Shown here one piece after another: positions 10,307 to 19,148 of a stretch of DNA of 64,000 bases. The notes beneath the pieces were generated by a model. That model made no database searches, was not told the DNA's origin, and saw only the letters and a list, made by a program, of their open reading frames with translations. The stretch lies in contig JANNVX010000098.1 of NCBI GenBank assembly GCA_031414595.1, forward strand, positions 141,724 through 205,723, read 5' to 3'. Within the stretch, counting starts at the first letter, position 1. Every line of letters starts with the position of its first letter. A program made the position numbers and the translations under genes. The stretch comes from Deinococcales bacterium (GTDB lineage Bacteria > Deinococcota > Deinococci > Deinococcales > JAAFIG01).

Positions 10307-10372
10307 ACCTGACCAAATGTGGTGTTTTCACCTGACCAATCATTGTGTTGTACCTGACCAAAAGCTGACATT
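10307..10372. promoter_or_regulatory. ACCTGACCAA direct repeats in divergent GT promoter region
   Basis: Repeats start at 10307, 10330 and 10352, with a variant AGCTGACATT at 10363 (spacings 23, 22, 11). Confidence 0.6.
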
Positions 10373-10390
10373 TCTGCTCGAGTCTGGGGT

Positions 10391-11158
10391 ATGCAGCCAA
10401 AAATCAGTTTAATCACCCCAACCCGCAATCGCGTGGATTTATTGCTTCGCACGATTAACAATGTGCAACAACAGACCCTGCAAGACTGGGAAATGCTGGT
10501 TATAGACGATGGTGACGGCTCTGGTTTAGAAGCGGTACAGAACTTAACCGACTCTCGAGTCAAAGCCTATCCCAATGCTGGGACTGGACAAGTGGATGCC
10601 CGTAATACCGCCGTTCAATTGGCACAAGCCGAAGTGCTGCATTTACTCGACGATGATGATCGTTGGCTCGACGGGCAGCATTTTGAAAAGGTCTTGGCGC
10701 GACTTGGTACACAACCAGCCTTGTTACACCGCACCGGTTGGTTGGTGCTTGAAGCCGCCCAAAATGGCGTTTGGCTCGAGCAGCAACGCCTAGACTTTCA
10801 GCCAGTCACCACTGCCCTGAGTCTGCGTTCGGACAACACCGTTCTGACTTCGGGTGTGGCATACCACAAAGAACTACACAACCAACTCGGGCTATTTGAT
10901 ACAGAATTGGGCAATTATTGGGATTGGGATTGGTTTTTACGAGTCACCCAGCACCACCCACTGATTCAACTCGAGCCACCAACCGTGCTGATGAGTTGGC
11001 GTGGTAACAACACTTCCAAAGACCCTTTTGAGCCTCAAAAAATGGATTATCTCGAGCGCTTATGCCAAAAGCATCAGCTTGGTCAAATCCCACCAAAAAA
11101 CCACTTCACGGTTATTTCACCAGCAACAAACTCTGACATTAGCTTGAGAGATACTTAG
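10391..11158 (+). CDS. Glycosyltransferase family 2
   Basis: ISLITPTRNR, VIDDG, ARN, LDDDD and WDWDW motifs. Confidence 0.88.
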   Translation: MQPKISLITPTRNRVDLLLRTINNVQQQTLQDWEMLVIDDGDGSGLEAVQNLTDSRVKAYPNAGTGQVDARNTAVQLAQAEVLHLLDDDDRWLDGQHFEKVLARLGTQPALLHRTGWLVLEAAQNGVWLEQQRLDFQPVTTALSLRSDNTVLTSGVAYHKELHNQLGLFDTELGNYWDWDWFLRVTQHHPLIQLEPPTVLMSWRGNNTSKDPFEPQKMDYLERLCQKHQLGQIPPKNHFTVISPATNSDISLRDT

Positions 11159-12426
11159 AACGCCAGTTGCTTAACGCTCCAAGCACCCTGCTCGAGTCCG
11201 ACCAACAGTATTTTGTTGTTTTTGGACTCGAGCAGCCTGTACCCCAAGCCAAACGGATTGGGGATTTCTTTTTCACCAAAAACTGTATTTAGTTCGCCTG
11301 TTGTAGTCAATTTTTGCATTTGAATGGTGGCTGAGGTTACTCCGTGCAAGACCAATCCACCATCGTTCCAAATGATCACTTTTTTCAAGGTTTGGCTTAA
11401 CCAAATCCCTCCATTAGCACTTCGCACTATAGGCATGGAAAAGGGTGGGAAAGTAGGCTCAGAAAGCGGTATTGACGCTCCAAATTCTTTTTGTACCGTA
11501 TTTTTTGTATCCAATGACCAGATTCTTAAACCGCTACTGCAATCACCACTGTTGTGGTTCATGAATACAGCCGTGTTGTCTTGGCGTAACCCAAAATACT
11601 GAACCCCACCACCGTTGGTGCAAGTCAGGGATTCAAAACCCTCGGTTTGTTGTTGCGGCTCGAGTTGCCCTTTTTGATTAAACCGATGAATCCAAATCGG
11701 AGGCTGATAGGTCGAAGCACCGGCTGGACTGTTTAAGTAAGCTGACGAAACCAGTGCTGCACCGCCAGTTGGGGTTGGTACTAGCGCATCAATTTGCACA
11801 TTTGGATAGTCTATATCGGTGCTGGCAAAACCTGCTTTGCCAAGGCTCGAATCTAAGCGTCCTTGGTTGGTTATTTTTATCAGTAGCGGGTTTAGGTCAT
11901 CATCATCAGAATTTTCGCTTTTTACTCGAGGGCGTTCTAAGAGGGCTGCCCAGACCGAACCATCGGCGTTGAGTGCCACTTTTTGCATCGGGAACATTGT
12001 TTTTTGTCTGCCTGTCGGAAAGGTAAACACACCTTTTTGCCCATAACTCGAGTCTAGCGTGCCATTTATTGTAAAACGCAGAATTTGCTTTGGCTGCACC
12101 ACCAACACACGACTTTGCGAATCCACCAAAACTTGTCCTAATTGCTCTAATTGCAGTTTTCCAGCTTTGCCAAAACTCGAGTCGAGTTGTCCATTGGGAA
12201 GTAATCGAGCAATTGTCTGAATCTTATTTTGGGTTTCGCCACTTAAGACAATCCGACCTTGGGTGTCGGTGCTGGCTTTTGGCGTAAATTTTGCCGTTAC
12301 AGACTCGAGTCGGACTGTACCGTTTTGACCAAAGCTCGGGTCAAATGTTTGATCCTGTGAAATTGCCAAGCCAGTCAACCCTAAACCAGTCAGTGCAAGG
12401 CAGATAAACCTCAGTCGTGTTTGCAT
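11155..12426 (-). CDS. Secreted delta-60 repeat (beta-propeller) protein
   Basis: Signal peptide; repeated G.LDSSFG..G units (FDPSFGQNG, GQLDSSFGKAG, GTLDSSYGQKG, GRLDSSLGKAG). Confidence 0.75.
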   Translation of the reverse strand: MQTRLRFICLALTGLGLTGLAISQDQTFDPSFGQNGTVRLESVTAKFTPKASTDTQGRIVLSGETQNKIQTIARLLPNGQLDSSFGKAGKLQLEQLGQVLVDSQSRVLVVQPKQILRFTINGTLDSSYGQKGVFTFPTGRQKTMFPMQKVALNADGSVWAALLERPRVKSENSDDDDLNPLLIKITNQGRLDSSLGKAGFASTDIDYPNVQIDALVPTPTGGAALVSSAYLNSPAGASTYQPPIWIHRFNQKGQLEPQQQTEGFESLTCTNGGGVQYFGLRQDNTAVFMNHNSGDCSSGLRIWSLDTKNTVQKEFGASIPLSEPTFPPFSMPIVRSANGGIWLSQTLKKVIIWNDGGLVLHGVTSATIQMQKLTTTGELNTVFGEKEIPNPFGLGYRLLESKNNKILLVGLEQGAWSVKQLAF

Positions 12427-12597
12427 CTCTCGAGTCTAAAAAATTAAATGAATGATTGATGTGAACCTGGTTCTCAAGGTGAGATTTTGCAGCACATGAT
12501 CTGAATTCAATCTCTTTGCAGAGAACCCGTCTCGAGACTAAAAAATGAGAATCAGATGAGCTTCTACAGCCATGGCATTATATGCTTTCTTGAAGGT

Positions 12598-13668
12598 TTA
12601 TGCCTTGAGGCTTTCTGCCTCGAGAACCACGGTTGAACGCACTTGGTCACGCCCAGAATTCTTGGCGCGGTATAAGGCAGCATCGGCTCGAGCCATGACT
12701 TGTTTTAGGGTTTCACCTTCCCCGCAAACTGCCACGCCAATACTGACAGTTATTCGCACCCCACCGAGGTTGGCATCAAAAATGGCTTGCCTTGAACGTT
12801 CGCCAAGTAATCTGGCTTGCTCAAGATTGAGGTTTTTACCCAGCATTAAGAATTCCTCGCCGCCCCAACGGGCTGTTTGGTCGCCTTGACGGGTTTGATT
12901 TTCTAAGGTAAATGCCAGTTCACGCAGCACAATATCGCCAAAAGCATGTCCGTACTGGTCGTTGATGTGCTTAAAGTGGTCAACATCTATGATTAAAAGC
13001 GCGTAGCCTATTTGACTGGCATGGGTTTGCTCGAGGTGCATTTGCATTGAACGGCGGTTCTGGATGCCTGTTAAAACATCGGTGTTGGCTTGGTGTTGTA
13101 CAAATTTGTATTGTTGCTGCATTCGTCCAAAAACAGCAATTAAACCCGCTAAAATCAGATTTGCCACATGAAATTGCACCAAGGCATTGATTTGCAGTGT
13201 ATCAAAGCGATTTTGTGAAACGGTGACTAAGGAGATAAAAATAGCAACCGCGTTATAGCCACCACTAAACCATAAAGCTAAACCCGGACTAAGACTTAAA
13301 TGGGCAACAACCACGGTGATTGGAAACCACGGAATACCAATTCCTAACGTTTTTTGAATTTTTAAGACTTCCAACGCCGAAGTTGCAAAATCAAGCAGCA
13401 GAAACGAGCCAGATGTACAAAAGGCGAAGATTTGCAGCAGTTCTACCCGTTGAGGTTGCAGAAAAAGCCAAATAGCAGCTAAGAAGAACGTAATTGTGAT
13501 AAAAGGCAGTCCATAGAGGTCAGAAAAAACAATCACTTTGGAATCTTGTAAAAATAACCAAGAAACAAAAGTCGCCAATGAACCCAGAAGCAAAGCTGCC
13601 AAAGTCAGCCAGACGCGGGTGCGTCCAACCAAATCAAGTGCCTCGAGTTTAGCGTAAAAGGCTTTCAT
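12598..13668 (-). CDS. Membrane-bound diguanylate cyclase (GGDEF)
   Basis: About 6 TM helices; TDVLTG..NRR, DVDHFK.IND.YGH..GD, RWGGEEF and ALYRAKNSGR motifs. Confidence 0.92.
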   Translation of the reverse strand: MKAFYAKLEALDLVGRTRVWLTLAALLLGSLATFVSWLFLQDSKVIVFSDLYGLPFITITFFLAAIWLFLQPQRVELLQIFAFCTSGSFLLLDFATSALEVLKIQKTLGIGIPWFPITVVVAHLSLSPGLALWFSGGYNAVAIFISLVTVSQNRFDTLQINALVQFHVANLILAGLIAVFGRMQQQYKFVQHQANTDVLTGIQNRRSMQMHLEQTHASQIGYALLIIDVDHFKHINDQYGHAFGDIVLRELAFTLENQTRQGDQTARWGGEEFLMLGKNLNLEQARLLGERSRQAIFDANLGGVRITVSIGVAVCGEGETLKQVMARADAALYRAKNSGRDQVRSTVVLEAESLKA

Positions 13669-13716
13669 CAGCTTTAGGCGCAAGCATAGCCGAATTTAAG
13701 CCAAAAGAATACAAAT

Positions 13717-14322
13717 TTATAAATAACGACGAGCGCCAAGGTAACGGCTGCTGTAATAGCGTTCGGCAAGACTCGAGACAATCACCCCTGTACTTGGGGT
13801 GCTGGCATGAACCATTCGGTTGTTGCCAATGTAGACACCAACGTGTCCGACCCCACCACGTCCATTAAATCCTTGAAAGAAAACCAAGTCACCGGGTAAT
13901 AAACCGTTTCTCGAGACAACACGTCCGCCACTAAATTGAGCGCGGCTTGAACGCGGTAGGCTAACCCCCATTTGTTTCATCACATAGCTGGTAAAACCAC
14001 TGCAATCAAAGCTGGATGGACCCATTGAACCCCAACGGTAATTTGCACCGACTTTGGAAAACGCCACCCGCACGACATTGCTGCTCGAGCGGTTGGTGGC
14101 TGTTTTGACCGATGGTTTAGCGTTTGTACTATTGCCAAGGTTAATTTTTTGCCCCACGCCTAATGATTCACCAATGCCGGGGTTAAGTCTGAGAATCTGG
14201 GTGGTGCTGATGCCATTTTTCTGGGCAATGCGGTACAAGGTATCGCCAGACTGCACAGTGTAGGTTTTGGCAACTGCCAAACTCGAGCAGACCAAGGCAG
14301 CCACAATTAAACGTTTAAGCAT
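13717..14322 (-). CDS. LysM + NlpC/P60 (C40) peptidoglycan endopeptidase
   Basis: Signal peptide from ATG 14322; YTVQSGDTLYRIA LysM; FDCSG catalytic Cys, GDLVFF, HVGVY. Confidence 0.93.
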   Translation of the reverse strand: MLKRLIVAALVCSSLAVAKTYTVQSGDTLYRIAQKNGISTTQILRLNPGIGESLGVGQKINLGNSTNAKPSVKTATNRSSSNVVRVAFSKVGANYRWGSMGPSSFDCSGFTSYVMKQMGVSLPRSSRAQFSGGRVVSRNGLLPGDLVFFQGFNGRGGVGHVGVYIGNNRMVHASTPSTGVIVSSLAERYYSSRYLGARRYL

Positions 14323-14508
14323 CTTGAAGCTGACCCTAGCAAAGTCTCTAGCCAATTGCCTGTGTATTTTCTGAGTTACCCATGTCACCAGCCCAGAAAC
14401 AACCGAGCCAAAAAAGTGCGTTAAAGCTGTTTGGAAAAGTAAAAAACCAAGCAACTTAAACTCGAGACCACATAGAAAAAACCGATGTTTTGTACAGAAC
14501 AAAATAAT

Positions 14509-15528
14509 TTAACGCGCCCTGCAAATCAGACCATTATGGGCTTTGATTGTTCCAGCCCGCAAAACCTCGAGACCATGTTCATAAGCGTACAAACCCATTT
14601 GCTTGGTGTCCATCAGTTCACGGTAGCCATAATTCATTAAGTCGCCCATGACTTTATAAAACAACTGGCTTTTGAATTGCTTGCGTGGTGTGGTCATGAC
14701 CACATAGCCACCGCGTTTTAAGAATTGCCGATGCCATTCGATACACTGTCCTTTCATTTCATCAGGAAAATGCTCGAGTAACCCGACTGAAAGCACAATG
14801 TCAAATTTTTCATCAAAATCCAAGTCCCGAATATCCGAGACCACAAAATCAAAACTCATCTGATCGACGTGCATCACATCCCAAGTGCCAGTGCTGGGGT
14901 TTTTACTTAAAAACGGGTACTCGAGTGGAAACTTACCAAAGCGCTCATCCCTACAAAAATCATCATAATCCACCAGCACCGCATGACCGCCGGGATACTG
15001 GGCTAAAAGCTGCATCGCTTCGTAACCGTCGGCTGCGCCAAGGAACAAAATTCGTGGTTTATGCACTTCTAAACCATCAAATAAAGCCCTTTTACCACGC
15101 GGGTCCCAAACCGCATCCTCGAGCCGGTGAACCTGATTCCAAACTCGCACCTCTAAGAGTTCTTGAAAGACCTCTGGGAGACTCGAGAAGTTAAAACTCA
15201 GTAGGGTCTGCAAGAATTTCTGAGTGGTTTCCGATTGGGCTTTGGGTAAATCCGTGACAAACAATTCATGGAAGTTCTTATTGAAATTCTGCCACTGCAC
15301 CAAGACTGGCATCTCGGTTTGATGCTCGGTTTCCCATTTTTGCCGTGTTCTCGAGTTGGCAGGCACGGTATACGGCTTGCCAAGTTCTGCCCACGAAAGC
15401 CTAGACCAATCGGTATGACTTAAATCCTCAAACAGGTCTGGCGCACTGGTTCGCAAATCAGCACGGTACGAAGGCATGAGAAACGAAGTTTCAAGCGGCA
15501 TCCGCGACATCTCCAAAGTGGCTTGCAT
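14509..15528 (-). CDS. Class I SAM-dependent methyltransferase
   Basis: LFLGAADG motif I variant, FDIVLSVGLLEHF, LKRGG. Confidence 0.75.
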   Translation of the reverse strand: MQATLEMSRMPLETSFLMPSYRADLRTSAPDLFEDLSHTDWSRLSWAELGKPYTVPANSRTRQKWETEHQTEMPVLVQWQNFNKNFHELFVTDLPKAQSETTQKFLQTLLSFNFSSLPEVFQELLEVRVWNQVHRLEDAVWDPRGKRALFDGLEVHKPRILFLGAADGYEAMQLLAQYPGGHAVLVDYDDFCRDERFGKFPLEYPFLSKNPSTGTWDVMHVDQMSFDFVVSDIRDLDFDEKFDIVLSVGLLEHFPDEMKGQCIEWHRQFLKRGGYVVMTTPRKQFKSQLFYKVMGDLMNYGYRELMDTKQMGLYAYEHGLEVLRAGTIKAHNGLICRAR

Positions 15529-15558
15529 GGTCAAAGCAGTCTACGCTTTTATTGTTGT

Positions 15559-16527
15559 TTAGACCACTTCTAATGGCAGATGCGGCTCGAGTGGCAAAAT
15601 GACTTTAATCGGGTCGCTCGGGTATACCTCGCCGCCTTCAAGCACAGTCGTCATGATTCCCGCTTTGCGAATCAAATTGCCATTTTGGTCGGTCTCTAAA
15701 ACCGCTTTCAAGAGTCCGTTTTGTAATCCATCTATTTGTAAACAGGGGTTACGCAAGCCAGTCACCTCGAGTTGCACCGAGCCGATTTCGAGAATTGTGC
15801 CTTTGGGCAATTTGAGTAAATCAATGCCAGAAGTGGTGATGTTCTCACCCATTTGCCCCGGCAGCACCATAAAGCCCTGAGCCGCCACCTCTTCAAATAA
15901 TTCGGCATGAATCAGGTGGACTTGGCGCAGATTGGCTTGGCTTGGGTCTCTGGCAACCCTCGAGCGGTGCTTGACAGTTATACCTTGGTGTGCGTCGTTT
16001 TCGACCCCTAAACCTTTGAGAATCTGCAAGCTCTCGACATTGGGTTTACTCATGGTGTGGGTGGCACTGCGACTGACCGCCAAAACAGTGGCGGGGGCTG
16101 GGAAGGCTTGAGCAAAACCAAAGGCTTCTTGGGTACCGCCGTTAAGCCTTAGTAAATCGAGTTTTTCTTGGGCTTCGGCTAAGGTTGGAATATGACTGTC
16201 TTTAATCCACCACAGCACCGTGCCAGTCTGCTCGAGTGGAATAAACCATTCTTTACGGCGTTTTAAGTAATAACTGTGACCACTATTAAAAACATAATGC
16301 CGTAGGGCTTCTAAATTCTCCCAGGCGCTCATGTTTACAATCAGGCTAGGGTCATCGTAGATTCTAAAAGTGGTGGCGGTGTTGTTTTCGTCCTTTAAGA
16401 GCCAGACAAACCCGGGGCTGTTTTCGGCAAGTAAATTGATGGCGCTCAGTGCCAAGGTAAAATCCTGCATTTCTACTGACCCGAGCGGATAAGCAATTCG
16501 GGCGATGTTTAATTGAGCCAGTTTCAT
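15559..16527 (-). CDS. DUF3291 - MOSC domain fusion protein
   Basis: N-half LAQLNIA, SPGFVW, VNMSAWE, RRKEWF, VLWW (DUF3291); C-half GVENDAH, NLRQVHL, GENITT, GLRNPC, RKAGIM (MOSC). Confidence 0.85.
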   Translation of the reverse strand: MKLAQLNIARIAYPLGSVEMQDFTLALSAINLLAENSPGFVWLLKDENNTATTFRIYDDPSLIVNMSAWENLEALRHYVFNSGHSYYLKRRKEWFIPLEQTGTVLWWIKDSHIPTLAEAQEKLDLLRLNGGTQEAFGFAQAFPAPATVLAVSRSATHTMSKPNVESLQILKGLGVENDAHQGITVKHRSRVARDPSQANLRQVHLIHAELFEEVAAQGFMVLPGQMGENITTSGIDLLKLPKGTILEIGSVQLEVTGLRNPCLQIDGLQNGLLKAVLETDQNGNLIRKAGIMTTVLEGGEVYPSDPIKVILPLEPHLPLEVV

Positions 16528-16563
16528 GGGGTAATTCTATCATCCCTCGAGTACAATGGGGCT

Positions 16564-17052
16564 ATGGAAAATATTTTTGTCAGTGCTTTTTTAGGTGTAC
16601 TACAAGAAGCCTTTGAGGGCGGTAAACCCAATCTGGGTACACATTTTTTGGACAACACCAAGCCAGATGGCTCGAGTAATCAAGGTTTTTTTGCAGCCCT
16701 TGATGGTTTAAGTGCCGTGCAAGCCTCTGCGCCAACTGCACTTGACTCGAGTATTGCGGCACACGCTGCCCATAGTGCTTTTCACATCGAAGCCACGCTT
16801 CGTTTTGCCAGTGGCAACCGTAGCCCTAACGATTGGCAGGCTAGTTTTGAACCTCGAGAAGTCAATGAGCTTGAATGGGCAGAACAACGTCAGCGCTTAA
16901 AGAATGCCTACTCGAGTATTGCCAATTTAGCCCAGAATACCCCTGTGTGGGATAACAACAGTGCCACAGGCATGATGGCAACCTTGGCGCATGTCACCTA
17001 TCATCTTGGGGCAGTCAAACAAATTCTAAAATTGGCTCGAGGGTCGGTTTAG
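16564..17052 (+). CDS. DinB/YfiT-like four-helix protein
   Basis: SIAAHAAH and H..YHLGAVKQ motifs; TACAAT 6 nt before the ATG. Confidence 0.75.
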   Translation: MENIFVSAFLGVLQEAFEGGKPNLGTHFLDNTKPDGSSNQGFFAALDGLSAVQASAPTALDSSIAAHAAHSAFHIEATLRFASGNRSPNDWQASFEPREVNELEWAEQRQRLKNAYSSIANLAQNTPVWDNNSATGMMATLAHVTYHLGAVKQILKLARGSV

Positions 17053-17106
17053 GGCTGCTACTTTGGTATGGCAACCATTTGACAGTTGACCTCGTATACT
17101 TGGATT

Positions 17107-17739
17107 ATGAAACGATACTTGGTATTGATTTTGGCATTGGTTTTGGTTGGTTGTAATTTACCCGACCCACAAGAAGCGGCTCGACTGAAAACCGAGAATG
17201 AAACACTGCAAGCTCAGGTGACGACGCTGACTTCGGAGCGCGACGCGGCTGTCTTAGAGCGTGATGATTTGCGTGGGCGTTTAGAAAAAATTAAAACTGC
17301 TCTGGAAAATTTGCCAGCCATCTCAAGCATGACTGCACCAAGCCCTGCACCAACCGTACCGGAAACGACTGTGCCAAGCGTTCCAGAAACCACGACACCA
17401 GCCGCCCCAGAAACCACTGCACCAAACACTCCCGAAACTGTTCCAGAGACCACGCCAGACTCGAGTACCCCCGCCTTACCGCCTGTCAGTGCTGGAACAG
17501 ATGCCAGTCTGCTCGAAAAATTACAAGCCTATACCAATGAAGTCTTGACGGCAGCCCAGAATTTTAAGGCGCAAACCCGCCAAGAAGCGCCCTTAAATTG
17601 TACCAATGGCTATGCGGCTGGTGCATACAATGTACAGGACAGCTTAGACTTAAAAGAATGCAGTATTGTCACCGAAGCCAATGGCGATTACCGTGTTACG
17701 GCTCGAGATGCGGCGGGCAATAGCGTTAGCGTTCCCTGA
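17107..17739 (+). CDS. Lipoprotein with coiled coil, Pro/Thr-rich linker and C-terminal disulfide domain
   Basis: Lipobox LVGC; heptad coil; PETT repeats; two C-terminal Cys; TATACT 6 nt before the ATG. Confidence 0.7.
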   Translation: MKRYLVLILALVLVGCNLPDPQEAARLKTENETLQAQVTTLTSERDAAVLERDDLRGRLEKIKTALENLPAISSMTAPSPAPTVPETTVPSVPETTTPAAPETTAPNTPETVPETTPDSSTPALPPVSAGTDASLLEKLQAYTNEVLTAAQNFKAQTRQEAPLNCTNGYAAGAYNVQDSLDLKECSIVTEANGDYRVTARDAAGNSVSVP

Positions 17740-17761
17740 TGAACTAAAATCCGTGAATCGT

Positions 17762-17930
17762 TAGGCGAGGCTTCTTGACCATAAACGCGCACCTGACGGG
17801 CATGGTCGCATGCCTCGCCCCTACGACAAAAATCTCGTGCTAAACCGTAGGGGTTAGGTATGCCTAACCCCTTAAAGGTCAATGGTGATCCATTCTCAAA
17901 TCGGGATGTTATTTCTGGACGATTCCTAAG
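17762..17930. mobile_element. Non-autonomous element: GTAG-type REP doublet plus one MITE-like terminal repeat
   Basis: Reverse-complement REP 17762-17824 (with insert 17772-17809), forward REP GTAGGGGTTAGGTATGCCTAACCCC 17847-17871; 17890-17930 is the reverse complement of the repeat at 46617 and 63861. Confidence 0.7.
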
Positions 17931-18002
17931 AATATCCAAATACATTTGTTGTCCCCAAGGTAGTACCAAATCTACCCCTCGAGAATACCCTATGCTCGAG
18001 GG

Positions 18003-18584
18003 ATGAATCATGATGCCCAAAATATGAATCATTTACCTGCCTCAAAACAATCATTTGAGCTTTTCAAAGCCTTTGCCCTGATTGGGGCAACCAACTTTGG
18101 CGGTGGTGGCAGCGCCCATGTTCAGCACCACATGGTCGAACGCCTTAAATGGCTAAGCATGGACGAATACCTCGAGTGTTACAGCATGGTTCAAACCCTG
18201 CCGGGTCCAGTTTTTTCTAATCTTTGTACCCATGTCGGCGCTCGTTTAGCGGGCTGGCGTGGCGGAATTCTAGCCACCATTGGGGTCAATTTTGCTGGCA
18301 TCATTGCGATTTTAAGCCTTGCCGTGGTGTACTCGAGTGTCGGCAGTAAACCGATTTGGCTCGAGGGATTCCTTAAGGGGGTGGCTGTGGCAGCCGTTGC
18401 TATTTCCTTAGCGGCGACAACCCGAGTTGCCCCAAGTGCTTTTCGGACGCGCCCAAGTGTCTTTTTGGCATTGGCGGCTTTTATTGCCAATGCGCTCTTA
18501 CACATCAACATTTTGTATGTGCTATTGGTACTTGTGCCGCTTGGTATGTGGCTCGAGTGGCAGGAGGTAAATCGTGCTGTTTGA
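18003..18584 (+). CDS. chrA: Chromate transporter, short-chain CHR N-terminal subunit
   Basis: FGGG, MVERLKWL and QTLPGP motifs. Confidence 0.85.
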   Translation: MNHDAQNMNHLPASKQSFELFKAFALIGATNFGGGGSAHVQHHMVERLKWLSMDEYLECYSMVQTLPGPVFSNLCTHVGARLAGWRGGILATIGVNFAGIIAILSLAVVYSSVGSKPIWLEGFLKGVAVAAVAISLAATTRVAPSAFRTRPSVFLALAAFIANALLHINILYVLLVLVPLGMWLEWQEVNRAV

Positions 18585-19095
18585 TTTGCTGCTCGAGTTT
18601 TTGCGCTTTGGGGTACTGTCCATTGGCGGTGGACTGGCGATGCTCTCGGAAATGAAACGGGTGTTGGTGATTGAACGCCAATGGCTCAGCGCTCAGGTCT
18701 TTGTGGATGGTTGGAGTTTAGGGCAGTTTGTACCCGGACCAAACATGCTGGCAATGGCATTTTATGGCTACCGCATCGAGGGCTTTTTTGGTGCAGCCGC
18801 CGCTTGGCTTGGGATGTTCATGCCCGGCATGGTTGCCAGTATTGTGGCGGCAAAAACATGGCAACGTGTTCGCCACGCACCCCTTGCCAAAGCCTTTCGA
18901 GCCGCTATTTTACCAATTGGTTTTGGATTTGGGGCTGGTGGGGTCTACACTTTGGCTCGAGTTTCAATCACCGAGGTGTTTCAAATAATCCTAGCACTAG
19001 GACTGCTATTTTTACTGATTCGACTGCGCTTAAATCCAATTGCCACGGTATTTTTGGGCGGTGCAGTTGGCGTTCTACTTAAGGTTCTGAATTAG
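18574..19095 (+). CDS. chrA: Chromate transporter, short-chain CHR C-terminal subunit
   Basis: SIGGG, QFVPGPN motifs; overlaps the preceding paralog. Confidence 0.85.
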   Translation: MLFDLLLEFLRFGVLSIGGGLAMLSEMKRVLVIERQWLSAQVFVDGWSLGQFVPGPNMLAMAFYGYRIEGFFGAAAAWLGMFMPGMVASIVAAKTWQRVRHAPLAKAFRAAILPIGFGFGAGGVYTLARVSITEVFQIILALGLLFLLIRLRLNPIATVFLGGAVGVLLKVLN

Positions 19096-19148
19096 CGGGT
19101 TTATCCTCGCTTACAATCTGCAACCAAAAAAACGCATAAGCTCAAACC

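Noticed and set aside
14488-14504. RDRM-like 17-mer TTTTGTACAGAACAAAA upstream of the LysM-NlpC gene
   Set aside because: AT-rich, deviates at informative positions, and the gene is not a typical RDR regulon member.
17688-18032. 114 aa ORF (and short ORFs at 46477-46743 and 46541-46738), two of which share a PEITSRF.NG peptide
   Set aside because: The shared peptide is a translation of the MITE terminal repeat; these ORFs run through REP hairpins and overlap real genes.
18003-19095. Split chromate transporter as a possible frameshifted pseudogene
   Set aside because: Paired short-chain CHR genes are an established architecture; both halves have intact motifs and the second has a GGAGG RBS.
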